A stretch of 64,000 nucleotides of DNA from an uncultured Planctomycetaceae bacterium (GCA_963785305.1 CAWAUV010000008.1:96001-160000); one strand, 5' to 3'. Positions 10,744 to 22,089 are shown, numbered from the stretch's first letter. Notes: generated by a model from the sequence alone, not told the origin. Program-made: numbers and translations.

Positions 10744-13050
10744 TCAGTCTTCGTGGCGAAAGCGGGCGCCTTCGAGACTCACGGCGCCGGGGCCGCCGAA
10801 AGCAATTTGCAGGCCGACGGTCCCGCCCGCGCGACCCACGATCTGGAGTCGGTGCGATCCCTCGGCCAATGGCACCGGGGCGAACACCAATTCCGACGCC
10901 GTGGCCGGGCCGCCCGCATGCACCACGGTTCGATCGACGCGCAGCGATAGTTCGCCCTCGCGGCGAATTTGGAACTGATAAACATCGCTCGCCGCGACAT
11001 TGAATGTGGAATCGAGCTCGTAGCGCTCGCCCGGTTTGACGCCCGCCGCGGCGAGCCATTTGGGATCGCGGGTATCTTGAATCGGCACCACCTTGCCATC
11101 GGCCAGCTTGAGCAACATGCCGCGGGAGAGCGACTTCTTGCTCAAATCCACCCGCGACACAAGCGGCGCCGGCGGACGAATGGCCAGTCGCAACGGTCGG
11201 GCCGCCACGCTGTCGTCGGGGCCGTTTTTCGACACGCCGCGGGCCTCGATCGTCACCGGCCCAATGCCGAGCAATCGCGGATTGAGGATCACCTCGCCCT
11301 CGTCGCCTGAAAAGCTGCCCAGCACGCGGCCATTGTGAAACACGACGCCGCCGATCATGCCGAGGGCCGCGGCTTTGAGCACCAGCGGCTTATCCCACTC
11401 GTGGTGTTCGCCGCCCTCGGCCGTGAGCGACATGCGATGGCCGCGGTTGTCGACCTCGAGTTGCATCGGCGGCGTGCGGCCTTGGGTTTCGATCGCGTCG
11501 CTGGTGATCGCCACCACGCGAGTGTCGTGAAAACCATCGATCAATTGCGTGGTGTCGAGCAGCAGCGGCGCGCCTTCGGCGCGCGGGCATGGCGGCGGCC
11601 ATCGACGAAGAGCTCGAGATGCGCGGCGCGGCCGTGCTCGGCGGGGTAGCGCCGGCGCTCGACTTTGTTTTGAGCGCGGCTTTGAAGGCGATCGTGCCGT
11701 GCGCCGGTTGATCGGCCGAGAAGTCGGGAAGCGTCACCTCCGGAATCCGCGCCCAGGGCTGGCAGAGCGGATCGCCGACGATCAGCAATTGATAGGGCCC
11801 GAAGACCGATTGATAGTAGGCTTCGGCCAGACAACAGCCGCGGACATAATGGACATGGATTTCGGGCACGGGAAACTTGTCTTGAAAGGCATAGGGCTCG
11901 ACGACCGTGCCGCTCGAGCCCGCGGCGCCGGCGCGGATCAGTTCGGTGAGCGGAGTTTGCGAGGCGCCTTCGGCGAGCACTCCGCCGAAGCTGGTGAGAT
12001 TTTCGCAAATCGCGCCGGGAAGAATTCGGCTCGCGGAGTTCGACCAGGAATAGTCGGCCGCGCCGAGCATGGCGCCTTGCACATCGGGTTTGTGATCGGG
12101 CAGCACTCCGTCGAGCATTTCGGCTTTCATGCCGAGCTTGTGCAATTGGGCCGCCGCCGCTTCGAAGCCGCCGGATCGCGCTCGGACGCGCGGATCGTCG
12201 CCGCGCATGAAGTAGAACGCGCCGCGCGGGCTCGTGCCATCGACCACGGCGCCCCGCGCAAGCAGGTCACGGCCTCGCTCACCGAGTTGCCGCGACCGCT
12301 CGTCACGCCGAGCATGACCGAAATCATGTAATGGCTGCCGCCGGCTTCGAGCAACTCGCCATCGGCGCCCCAGCCATACCAAGAGCGAAAGCCGTGCGTG
12401 GCCGCCGCGGTGGTTCGGTTCGCCGCCGAGCGCATGTACTGGTTGGTTTGGAGGCCGATCCATAGAGGGTTGTGTTGCATCACAAGCGGCCAAAAATAGG
12501 TCGCCGCCGTGATCGAGCCGCTCGGGCTGAGCTGCGGGGGAGTCGCGCCGCCATGGAGATCGGCCGTGAGATTGATCTCGTAGGGCAAGTCGCTCGAATA
12601 GATGATCTGGTCGATCTGTCCCGAGAGCCCGCGACGATCGATATTCGCCAGCACGGGGCCGAGGATCTTGTCGCGGAATGTGTCGACCGTAATCGCGTCG
12701 AGCGGTCCTTCCCAGGCGATATAGAAAATGTTGTTGGTCGGAATTCGACGCAGTTCGATAAAGTGATTGGCGATCGTTTGCGAGGCCCAACTCGCGGAGT
12801 TAACCACCACGATCACATTTTCGGGTCCACCGCCAGCCAGGAGCGGCCGCGGAGCAAATAGCCCCAAAGCCGCGCCAAGCAGTCCCAGGAAGATCGCTTG
12901 GGTTGACGCCCGGCGGGGAATTCGCCAATGAGTTCGCGCGACCGATCCAATATGCGAGGGCGATTTGTCGGTCGAGGCGGGCGCCCATGATCGCGGCGCG
13001 GAATCGATCGCCCATGCGTCACGCGACAAGGATCGGGGCGAGATCATCAT
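10744..13050 (-). CDS. TIGR03790-like secreted protein with C-terminal beta domains (several frameshifts)
   Basis: AGGGPENVIVVVN, PGAICENLTSFGG, IRAGAAGSSGTVVEPY, LAEAYYQSV..LLIVGDPLCQPW; spread over ORFs 12127..13404, 11390..12790 and 10744..11544. Confidence 0.7.
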
Positions 13051-13537
13051 CGTCGCGCGGCGGGCGTGGGATAGTAGTGCGAATAGGTCATGAAGCGAGT
13101 GGAGTGCCCCGTCGTCAGAGCGCTGGCGTTGCGGCTGCCGAAGGTGCTGTTGCGCGGCCGAGCGGTCGAGCCGGCGGCGGCCTGCCGCGCCGCGCCTTGC
13201 TGAAGGCTCTGAATCTGGCCGCTTTGCTGCCCGAGATTTCGCTGTGTGTTGGTAAACGGCTGCACCTGATTTTGAAATTGGGGCAAGTTGCCGAACACAT
13301 TGCCTTGCAGATTCAGATAGGGGCTCACCGTCATCATCGCGGCGACCTCTTGGGGATTGACGGACCCCTGCGCCATCGGCGCGAGGCGCCCAACCCCAGA
13401 CCATTTAGTCCCAGATCGCCCAGACAAAGCATCATCAAAAGCGCGCCGCTGGTGATCGCCGCCCGCCGCGCGCCGCAACAATCGAAAATCGCGCCCGCCG
13501 ATAGCGCCGCGATTCGTGTTCGCTGAATATAAAACAT
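13047..13537 (-). CDS. Small secreted Gln-rich hypothetical protein (frameshifted)
   Basis: TVSPYLNL..TGHSTRFMTYSHYYP; stop overlaps the start of the downstream gene; start uncertain. Confidence 0.5.
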
Positions 13538-13994
13538 GTCGCCCTCGCCTGCAAAAGAAAGCCTCGCGGACCGCTCGTTTCGGCCCCAACAGCAATTTTA
13601 GTACTTTCGACGCCCGCGGCAAACAAAAATCAACCTCGCTCGCCGAAGGTTTTTCGCCGACCGCTCGCGCACGGCTTTTTCGATTCCACCGACTTTGACG
13701 CCCAGAGTTCGGCCTCGGCCCGGCTTTTGCGGCTCTTGTCCTCGAAATCCCGCGGCGCGGCCCGGGTGTTCCGAGCCGATTCCCTCTGGCTGTGCGGGTC
13801 GCAAAGTTTTGCTAAACTACCTGACCCGACGCCGGTTGCCCAAGCCGGCTTTTAGGGGTATTTGGCCACCATTCCGCCTGCCGTCTCCCGTCGTCGAAAG
13901 GTCTTGCATGTTCACGAATGTTCCGCGGTGCTCCGGTCCTCTCGGGTTCGATCGATTCGCTCAAGCGACAGGTTCGCCGGACGATGGTCGGGCG

Positions 13995-16761
13995 ATGAAG
14001 CGATCGCATTTCGCGGCGAACGTGGCGCTCGCCCTGCTCACGGTGGCGGCGATCTTCTGCGGCGCCGGCTTCCGGACGGCGCGAGCGGCCATCGTCAAAG
14101 GCGAGTCGGTCGAGGGCATCACCGAATATCGCCTCGACAATGGCCTGCAAGTGCTGATCTATCCCGACCACTCGAAGCCCACGGTGACGGTGGCCATGAC
14201 CGTGTTCGTCGGCTCGCGGCAAGAAGGCTACGGCGAGACCGGCATGGCCCATCTGCTCGAGCACATGCTCTTCAAAGGCACGCCCAACCATCCGGCGATT
14301 CCCAAGGTGCTCAAGGATCGCGGCGCCAGTTACAACGGCACGACGAGCGTCGATCGCACGAACTATTACGAAACCCTGCCGGCCGAAAACGACAATCTCG
14401 AATTCGCCCTCGCGCTCGAAGCCGATCGACTGGTGAACAGCTATGTGCGCGGAGAAGACCTGTTTACCGAAATGACCGTGGTGCGCAATGAGTTCGAGCG
14501 CGGCGAAAACTCGCCGGGAGTGCTGCTCAACCAACGCGTCATGGCCACCGCCTTCGAGTGGCACAACTACGGCAAGAGCACGATCGGAAACCGCAGCGAT
14601 ATCGAACGGGTGCCGATCGGCAATCTGCAGGCCTTCTATCGCAAGTACTACCAGCCGGACAACGCGATGTTGGTCGTGGCCGGGGACTTCGAGCCCGAGA
14701 AGGCGCTCAAACTGATCGAGAAGCATTTCGGCGAGATACCCAAGTCGGCCAAGAAAATCGTGGCCTCCTACACCGAGGAGCCGCCGCAAGATGGCGAGCG
14801 CCTGGTGACGCTCCGCCGCGTGGGCGATCTAGGATTGGTCAGTGCGGTGTGGCATGTGCCCTCGGCCTCGCATCCCGATAGCGCTCCCCTGCAAGTGCTC
14901 GCCGGAGTGCTCGAAACTCCGCCCGCGGGTCGGCTCTATAAGTCGCTCGTCGAAACCCATTTGGCCGCCGATGTCGGCGCGGGAGTGACCGAATACCACG
15001 ATCCGGGCGTCTTCGAAGTGCAGGCCGAAGTGCGCAAGGACAGCTCGCTGGACACGGCCCGCGACGTGCTCATCGATGTCGCCGAAAAAATCGCCAGCGA
15101 AGGCGTGAGCGACGAAGAGATCGAGCGCGTGAAACGCCAGATATTGAAGAATCGCGAGCTCATGGCCTCCAATACCAGCCATGTGGCCGTGAACCTCAGC
15201 GACTGGGCCTCGCGGGGCGATTGGCGGCTCTATTTCCTGAATCGCGATCGCATTGAAAAAGTGACGCGCGACGATGTGAAACGCGTCGCGGCGAAGTATC
15301 TGATGCGAACGAACCGCACGGTGGGCCTCTTTATTCCGACCGAAAAGGTGGTCCGCGCCGCGGTGCCCGAGTCGCCCGACACGGCTCGGCTTTTCGCCGA
15401 CTATCATGGCCGCGCGGCGATGGCGGCGGGCGAGGCGTTTGATGTGTCGCCGGCCAATGTCGAGGCTCGCGCCAAGCGATCGAATCCGACGCCCGGGGTG
15501 AAGCTGGCCCTGTTGCCCAAGAAGACCCGGGGCGAAACCGTGAGCCTGCGACTCACGCTCCGCTACGGCTCGCTCGAAAACCTCAAGGGCTACGAATCGG
15601 CCGCCGAGTTTCTGCCGATGCTCATGACTCGCGGCACGAAGACCCTCTCGCGCCAGCAGATTCAAGACACGCTCGATAAGAACGAAGCCTCGCTCGCCGC
15701 CAGCGGCGATGTGGGCAGCGTGACCTTTCGAATCGAAACCAAGCGGTCCAAGTTGCCCGCGGTGCTGGAATTGCTCCGCGAAATCGTGCGCGACCCGTCG
15801 CTGCCCGACGAGGAATTCGAAATTCAGCGCGGCCAGAAGCTCGCCGCGCTGGATGAGCGTTTGACCGATCCGCAATCGCTGGCGATCGAACGCATGCGCC
15901 GCGCGCTGTCGCCCTTCGAGAAGAGCGATGTGCGTTATATTCCGAGCGTGGCCGAGGAAATTGCGCGCGACAAGGCGCTCAAGCTCGACCAGATTCGGAA
16001 ACTGCACGCGGATTTTCTCGGCGCAAGCCGCTGAGATTGCGATCGTGGGCGACTTCGACACCGATGCCTGCCTGCCCGCGCTCCGCGAGATGTTTGCCTC
16101 GTGGAACGGCAAGCAGTCCTATGCCCGACTGCCGAAGAAGCTGTTCCCCGATGTGAAGAGCGGCGAACAGCGCATCGACACGCCCGACAAGGCCAACGCG
16201 GTGTACTTCGCTGGCCAAGCATTTGCCATGAAAGACGATAGTCCCGACTACGCGGCGCTGTTGATCGGAAACTATATTCTCGGAGGCGGCTCGCTTTCGA
16301 GTCGCCTCGGTGACCGGGTGCGGCAGAAGGAGGGGCTCTCCTACGGAGTCGGGTCCATGTTCTCGGCCGACTCGTTCGATCCGCGGGCCGCGATCTCGAT
16401 CTATGCGATCTCGAATCCGCAAAACACCGACAAGGTGATCGTGGCGATCCGCGAGGAACTCCAACGCCTGCTCAAGGACGGCGTGACTTCCGAGGAACTC
16501 GAAAAAGCCAAACGAGGTTATCTCGACCAGCAGCAGGTGAGCCGCTCGCGCGATTCGGTCCTGGCGAGCGAGTTGAACGACACCGCTTATGTCGGGCGCA
16601 CGATGCGCTACTATACCGAACTCGAAAAGAAAATCGCCTCGCTCACCACCGCCCAGGTCCAAGCGGCGCTTCGCAAGTATCTGGCGCCGGAAAAAATGGT
16701 CGTGGTCGTGGCAGGCGACTTCCGCGCCGCGGGCGAATCGAAGCCGGGAAAAAAAGAATAG
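13995..16761 (+). CDS. M16 (pitrilysin/insulinase family) zinc protease, secreted (frameshift near 16030)
   Basis: Inverted zincin HLLEH, NGTT..RTNYYE, C-terminal SSRL..VRQKEGLSYGV; signal peptide. Confidence 0.93.
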
Positions 16762-17011
16762 TGCTCGTAACAACCGGCGCGCCACGAAGCTTTTGATCGG
16801 ACCGCGACGGGCACATCGACACGACGCAAAAATTGGGCGATTTCTAGACCGGCGCCGCGGATGATGAAAACGCGCAAAGCGCCCGGGCGAAGGGGGCTAT
16901 CACTCGCTAGCACTCCGCAAGATCGATGGCGCGCGATCGCTCTTGCTGGCGGTGGGCAGGGCGCCTATACTCCGCCGCTTGTTTTATCTCGATGCTGGCA
17001 CGGAGGCCGCC

Positions 17012-18238
17012 ATGATACGCATTTGCTGGCTTTGCCTGGCGCTGGAGGCGCTCGGCTACCGCGCTCCTTTGGCGGCTCAGCCCCCGTCGACTTACGCCCC
17101 GCCGCCCGCTGGGGAAGCCGCCGGTCAAAACTGGCGCATTCCCGGCGGACGTCCGGCGAGCGGTTCGCTGCCGCCGAGCGATGGCATCACTCCGCTGCAG
17201 CCGACGACCACGGCCAATCGCCAGCCGCTAGCCCGCGTGACGCGCGGTCCCTCGACGCTGCCGAACGACGCCGGCCAGGAATGGCGCGACTACGACATCA
17301 GCCCCTACACGACTCGAGTGACGACGACGAATCGGCCGGAACAAGCGATCGTCGACTGGATTTTGCGCGAGACCGGCCATGAGACATGGCACGGTGAGCC
17401 GCTGGGCCTGCTCATGGCCAACAAGCGAACATTGAGCGTGTACCATACGCCCGAAATCCACGCGGTGGTAAGCGATATCGTCGATCGGTTCGTGAGTAGC
17501 GAGGCCGAAACCCAGGCCTTCGGCATTCGCATCATCACACTCAACAGCCCCAACTGGCGGGCCAAGGCGCATTCGGTGCTCAAAAGCGTGAATGTGCAGA
17601 GCCAGGGCGCGCAAGCTTGGCTGCTGGCCAAGGAAGACGCGACGATGGTGATGGCCGATCTGCGCAAACGCACGGATTTTCGGGAACACGGCTCGCCGCA
17701 TTTGCTGGTCCACAACGGACAATCGAGCGTCGTGTCGCTGATGAAGCCGCGAAGCTATGTGCGCAATGTATCGATCAACGCCGCGGTCTGGCCCGGCTTC
17801 GCTCCCGAGCAAGGACAAATCGATGAAGGCTTCAGCCTGGAGTTCAATCCGCTATTGTCGGTCGATGGGCGCACGATCGACGCGGTGCTCAAGTGCCATG
17901 TCGATCAGGTCGAACGAATGCTGGCGGTGAATATCGACGTGCCGACCGCAATTTCGCCGCGGCAGCGCACCAAGATCGAAGTGCCGCAAATGAGTTGCGT
18001 GCGGCTGCATGAGCGGTTTCGCTGGCCGGTCGATCAGGTGCTGCTCGTGAGCCTGGGCGTGGTGGCGTCGCCGAGCCCCGCCACCACCGGCGGATTGCCG
18101 ACCACGCTGTCGCTCAACAACGGCGCCCGCTCGGAGCTACTGCTCTTCGTGGAAAATCGCGGCAAGGCGCCGACGACTCCCGGCGCTCCGGCGGCCGGCG
18201 CAGTGCGCGAGGCGAGCATCTACAAGGGCCGGTATTGA
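17012..18238 (+). CDS. Secreted hypothetical protein with secretin-like C-terminal region
   Basis: GGAGG RBS, signal peptide; SPHLLVHNGQ..GFSLEFNPLLSVDGRTI..IEVPQ..QVLLVSLG resembles the secretin strand pattern. Confidence 0.55.
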   Translation: MIRICWLCLALEALGYRAPLAAQPPSTYAPPPAGEAAGQNWRIPGGRPASGSLPPSDGITPLQPTTTANRQPLARVTRGPSTLPNDAGQEWRDYDISPYTTRVTTTNRPEQAIVDWILRETGHETWHGEPLGLLMANKRTLSVYHTPEIHAVVSDIVDRFVSSEAETQAFGIRIITLNSPNWRAKAHSVLKSVNVQSQGAQAWLLAKEDATMVMADLRKRTDFREHGSPHLLVHNGQSSVVSLMKPRSYVRNVSINAAVWPGFAPEQGQIDEGFSLEFNPLLSVDGRTIDAVLKCHVDQVERMLAVNIDVPTAISPRQRTKIEVPQMSCVRLHERFRWPVDQVLLVSLGVVASPSPATTGGLPTTLSLNNGARSELLLFVENRGKAPTTPGAPAAGAVREASIYKGRY

Positions 18239-18248
18239 AAGTCCGCGC

Positions 18249-19235
18249 CTAACCGCGGCGGGGTTTGCGGCGGAGGATTTCTTCGTAGGCCGCCAGGGTT
18301 TGCTCGGCGGTGTGGCGCCACGTGAAGGCATCGAGCATCCGGGCTCGCAAGGCGCCGGGGTCGCGCGTGTCGGCCAACGCGTGCTCGATCCCGGCCCGAA
18401 TGCTCGCGCGATCGGTCGGCGACACATAATGCGCCAGGTCGCCAAAATACTCGCGGGCACAGCCTTCATCCGTGCTCACCACGCGCGTCGCCAACGAGGC
18501 GGCTTCCATCGACGCGAGGCCCGGTGTTTCGAAATGGCTCGCCAACACATGAGCCGCCGCGGCTTGATAGGCGCTCTTGAGCAGATCGCTTTCCGGCTCG
18601 AAGCGGCCGAGATAGTGGGTAAAGCCTTCGCCGGCGGCGAGGCAATCGGCCAGATATTTGTCTTCGCGCACTCCACCAACCAGGAGCAACGCGCGGCCGA
18701 GTCCTTGGCAAGCCTGGACTAGCCCGAGCTGGTTCTTACGCGGCTCGACATTGCCGACACAGAGCAGAAAATCGCGATGGGGAAATTTGGCGTGAAACAG
18801 TTCCGGCCCCGGTCCCCGGGCTAGCGAGGGATCGATTCCATTGTAAACGACTTGGAAATGCGATCGCGGCAGATCGTAGAAATACATGAAGCTTTCGAGC
18901 TCCGCGGCCGAATTGGGGAGCACGATGTCGCTACGATGGAAGAGGTGAAAAATATCGTGGATCGGAAACTGCCCGCCACCGTTCTTCAGCCACAAAATGG
19001 GCGACAAGGCGAGCGGCACTCCGCGCTCGCGCACCGCGTCGTGAAAAGGCCACGAGCCGCCGCGAGCGGAAAACATGTGGACGATATCGTAGTGCTCGAC
19101 CGCCGGCGCCCAGGGATTGTACAGATCGACCTCGACTCCGAGCCGCTGCAAGTGCTCGCGCGTCTTGAGCAACTGCACCTCGCCGCCGCCGGGGCAGAAA
19201 AACGCCGTCGAATAGGTATTGAACAGCACTTTCAT
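18249..19235 (-). CDS. Glycosyltransferase family 4
   Basis: PGGGEVQ, VVYNGID, VGNVEPRKNQ, ETPGLASMEA (E-x7-E). Confidence 0.92.
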   Translation of the reverse strand: MKVLFNTYSTAFFCPGGGEVQLLKTREHLQRLGVEVDLYNPWAPAVEHYDIVHMFSARGGSWPFHDAVRERGVPLALSPILWLKNGGGQFPIHDIFHLFHRSDIVLPNSAAELESFMYFYDLPRSHFQVVYNGIDPSLARGPGPELFHAKFPHRDFLLCVGNVEPRKNQLGLVQACQGLGRALLLVGGVREDKYLADCLAAGEGFTHYLGRFEPESDLLKSAYQAAAAHVLASHFETPGLASMEAASLATRVVSTDEGCAREYFGDLAHYVSPTDRASIRAGIEHALADTRDPGALRARMLDAFTWRHTAEQTLAAYEEILRRKPRRG

Positions 19236-19543
19236 GAAACGCGCTTTCCTTGGATCGCGAAGCGGCGGAATCCCGACGGGCTGCTGATTATGACAAACTC
19301 GCCGCGCACGGCACAACCCGAGTCGCGCCGGCCGGGCGCCGCCGCGCCGCGAACTCCCGCGGACTATTTCACCGCGGGCCATTCGAGGGCGGCCCGAGCC
19401 ATGCTATCCTTTGATGCTGACGGCAGGAGATTGTAGCCCGAGACTCCCGGTGAAACACGATCGCACCGGGCGATTCGGGATAAGAGTCGGTTGTCGAATT
19501 CATCTGGACGTTCCTTTCGAGCTGAAGTAAATGCCGTGATTCA

Positions 19544-19705
19544 ATGCCATTCGTGCTGATAATACTTGTCGGCCTGTCGACCCTCGTGGCGATCGCGCTC
19601 GCGGTTTTCGTGGCCGTGTGTTTCCCGGAGTTTTCGAGATTCATTTTCTGGGCGCTGATATCCGCCAGGGACGCGATTCCTGAAAAGCGGCGAAAGAAAC
19701 GATGA
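19544..19705 (+). CDS. 53-aa small membrane protein (not in ORF track)
   Basis: MPFVLIILVGLSTLVAIALAVFVAVCFPEFSRFIFWALISARDAIPEKRRKKR; stop overlaps the next ATG (ATGA). Confidence 0.5.
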   Translation: MPFVLIILVGLSTLVAIALAVFVAVCFPEFSRFIFWALISARDAIPEKRRKKR

Positions 19706-20017
19706 AACGCCCTGGGTTTTGTGTCGCGATCTTGATCGTGATTCTAGTCGTCGTTGCGGCGGTCGTCGGACTGATCGTAATCGCCGCCAATGCGATTCCA
19801 AAACAAGACGCCCGAAAAGGACAAAACCCGGAGCCTCATGTCCAGACAATCAGCGAAATCCGAATCGATCCCATTGAGCCGCATTGAACCTCAACTCGGT
19901 CTCGCTGACGATCCACCACAAGGCAACGGGCTCCCGGCCAAGCACTGGGTCAGGGAGCACAAGAGAGACGGGCACGACGTTAAAGGCCACTGGGCGAAGA
20001 ATCCAAGAGCACACTAA
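19702..20017 (+). CDS. Small membrane-anchored hypothetical protein (probable frameshift near 19865)
   Basis: N-terminal TM helix in frame 19702..19887; HWVREHKRDGHDVKGHWAKNP in frame 19790..20017. Confidence 0.5.
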
Positions 20018-20162
20018 CGACTACCGAAAACGCCGGTGCGGGCGGGCGACCGCACGCTCCGCTCAGTTCCGGGTTTCGGCCGGCTCGGGCGGCGCCGCAG
20101 GTTTACGGCCGCGGGCGCAGTGTGTCCCGCGCCGCGTGTCGCGCTTAGCAAGGAAGGTATTC

Positions 20163-20645
20163 ATGGGCTCGGTATCCAAGGCAGATAGACGTTTCGGCGC
20201 CATGCTCGGCGTCGTGACCGCGGTGCTGCTCGCGTGGTCCGGCGCGATTGCCGCGGCGGCGGAGCCCTCGCCAGCCGCGGCCGCGGCGAGTAAAGCCACG
20301 ACCGCCGAAACGGTCGAGATGGTTGTCGACTTCGGCGATGGCGTTGAAGTCCACTTCACGCGGCTCCCCTGGAAGCCGGCAATGACGGTCGCCGACGCCG
20401 TGAAACTGACCGATGGCCAACCGCACGGGCCGAAATTCGTCCGCATCGGCTCTGGCGAAACGTTGCTGGTCACCCAGATTGGCGACCTCAAGAACGAGGG
20501 TCGCGGACGCGACCGGCGCAATTGGCTTTATCAGCTCAATGGGACCTTGGCGGACGAGGGGGCCGGGGCTCAATCGCTCAAAGCGGGCGACCGTATCTTG
20601 TGGAAGTTCGAACGCTATGACTACAATTCTAGCGGCTCGAAATAG
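20163..20645 (+). CDS. DUF4430 (transcobalamin C-terminal-like beta-grasp) secreted protein
   Basis: Signal peptide; VDFGDG..MTVADA..VTQIGDLKNEG..NWLYQLNG..GAG..LKAGDRILWKF. Confidence 0.8.
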   Translation: MGSVSKADRRFGAMLGVVTAVLLAWSGAIAAAAEPSPAAAAASKATTAETVEMVVDFGDGVEVHFTRLPWKPAMTVADAVKLTDGQPHGPKFVRIGSGETLLVTQIGDLKNEGRGRDRRNWLYQLNGTLADEGAGAQSLKAGDRILWKFERYDYNSSGSK

Positions 20646-20779
20646 TTCAGATATTTTCGCAAACCGAAATGCTGGCTTCGTCGGCAGTTCTACCGGCGAC
20701 GATCGTGTTGCGGTCAGCATGATCGCTCGCGAGTCACGGGCCGACGTGCCGCTTCCTCCAGTTCAATACCTTGGGAGAA

Positions 20780-21406
20780 ATGATTGTGCCCCGCCGCTGG
20801 CTTACCGATTTTGCCGTCTTTACCCTGCTCGTGACCCTGGGATTTGCAAGCCGCATGGCGAAAGAGGCGCTCGGGCTCTCGCTGCCAAACTTTCACGCCG
20901 TGACCGCGGTGAGCCTGTTTGCCGGCTTTTATTTCGCTGGAAAGGGCGCGGCTGGCAAATGCTGGGCGCTGGCGACGCCCCTAGCGGCGATGGCGATCTG
21001 CGATGGCGCCTTCGGCGGGTACGAGCCATTGATTATGGCTACGGTCTATGCCGCTCTGGTCGCGCCAGCCGCGGTGGGACTTATCGTGGGTAAAAGCTCG
21101 CCCTGGACAGTCCTTCCGCTTACGCTGGCGGCAACGTTGCTCTTCTTCTTTGCGACCAACCTCGCGGTTTGGTGGACTTGGCACAACCACGACTATGCGG
21201 GCCTCGCCATTTGCTTTACGCGAGCGCTGCCCTTTTTGAAGTATTCGCTCGCGGGCGACTTGAGCTTCACGCTCGCGCTGTTCTCGGTTTATGCGGCTTT
21301 CAGCCCCGGGCGAACCGAGTCGAGGGCGCGGTCTAGAAACGCAATCGCGTCGGACTGCTGTCAAGCAGCCCGACGCAATTCGCCTGCCGAGTTAATCGGC
21401 GGTTGA
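20780..21406 (+). CDS. DUF6580-like putative transporter (ECF S-component-like)
   Basis: PNFHAVTAVSLFAG, PLAAMAICD, LFFFATNLAVW, CFTRALPF..LAGDL; about 5-6 TM helices. Confidence 0.75.
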   Translation: MIVPRRWLTDFAVFTLLVTLGFASRMAKEALGLSLPNFHAVTAVSLFAGFYFAGKGAAGKCWALATPLAAMAICDGAFGGYEPLIMATVYAALVAPAAVGLIVGKSSPWTVLPLTLAATLLFFFATNLAVWWTWHNHDYAGLAICFTRALPFLKYSLAGDLSFTLALFSVYAAFSPGRTESRARSRNAIASDCCQAARRNSPAELIGG

Positions 21407-21427
21407 TTCGCTGGCGCGTGGCCGCGA

Positions 21428-21607
21428 TCAGGAATTGTTCGCCCGATGGGCCGTGTCTTTCGCCTTGTCGACGACTTTCTCGGCGGCTTGCTTGACCTTG
21501 CCGGTGGCCTCGTCGATCTTGCCCTCTCGGCGCAGATGGTCATTGTCGGCCAGATCGCCGGCAGCCTGCTTGACGCGTCCCTTGATTTCGTCGGTTTTTC
21601 CGCTCAT
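21428..21607 (-). CDS. csbD: CsbD family stress protein
   Basis: DEIKGRVKQAAGDLADNDHLRREGKIDEATGKVK; GAGGAGG RBS. Confidence 0.92.
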   Translation of the reverse strand: MSGKTDEIKGRVKQAAGDLADNDHLRREGKIDEATGKVKQAAEKVVDKAKDTAHRANNS

Positions 21608-21896
21608 CGCATGGACCTCCTCATAAAATGAAATAAGGGGAAGCCGAGCAGTCATTCGCCCCGTAAGTTAGCGAACCAAAGTGGGTGAAGACTTCGGTTC
21701 TTGGATCAGCTATAGGACCCTGTAGCGAACGGCCGCCCGACTTCCCGAATATGCCTTGCGGCACATGTTTTGGGAAACGACGTAAAAATCGACGTCGGGC
21801 CGCGCCCCGAGACCTCGGAGCGCTCTTGCGAGCACCCCGTATTCGAAACGCGGTCCGGCATCGGAAGGCGTAAAGAGCAAATGTGGGGCCAATTAA

Positions 21897-21971
21897 AGCC
21901 GATCCGACAACTCCCCCCTCGCCCTTTGGGAGAGGGTAGGATGATGGCTCGCCGAAGTTCTCGGATCGGCT
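21897..21971. repeat. REP/MITE-like palindromic element, copy 1
   Basis: Terminal inverted repeats agccgatccgacaact / agttctcggatcggct around a ccctcgccctttgggagaggg hairpin; similar copy at about 56946-57022. Confidence 0.75.
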
Positions 21972-22089
21972 CTAAAGCCTATCAAATCCATGCAGCGTTT
22001 TTTTCCAGCCGATGACTTCCTGAACGAGAATTTGGAACCGAAGGAACCCAGACAGGCCGAAGGAACCAGACAGACGCCAAAATTGGTAG

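Noticed and set aside
16996..17010. Sigma54 promoter tggcacggaggccgc
   Set aside because: Overlaps the GGAGG RBS and ends 2 nt before the start codon, too close to be this gene's promoter.
19880..20162. Cobalamin riboswitch upstream of the DUF4430 gene
   Set aside because: A gccactggg match falls inside a coding frame, and the other conserved B12-element motifs are missing.
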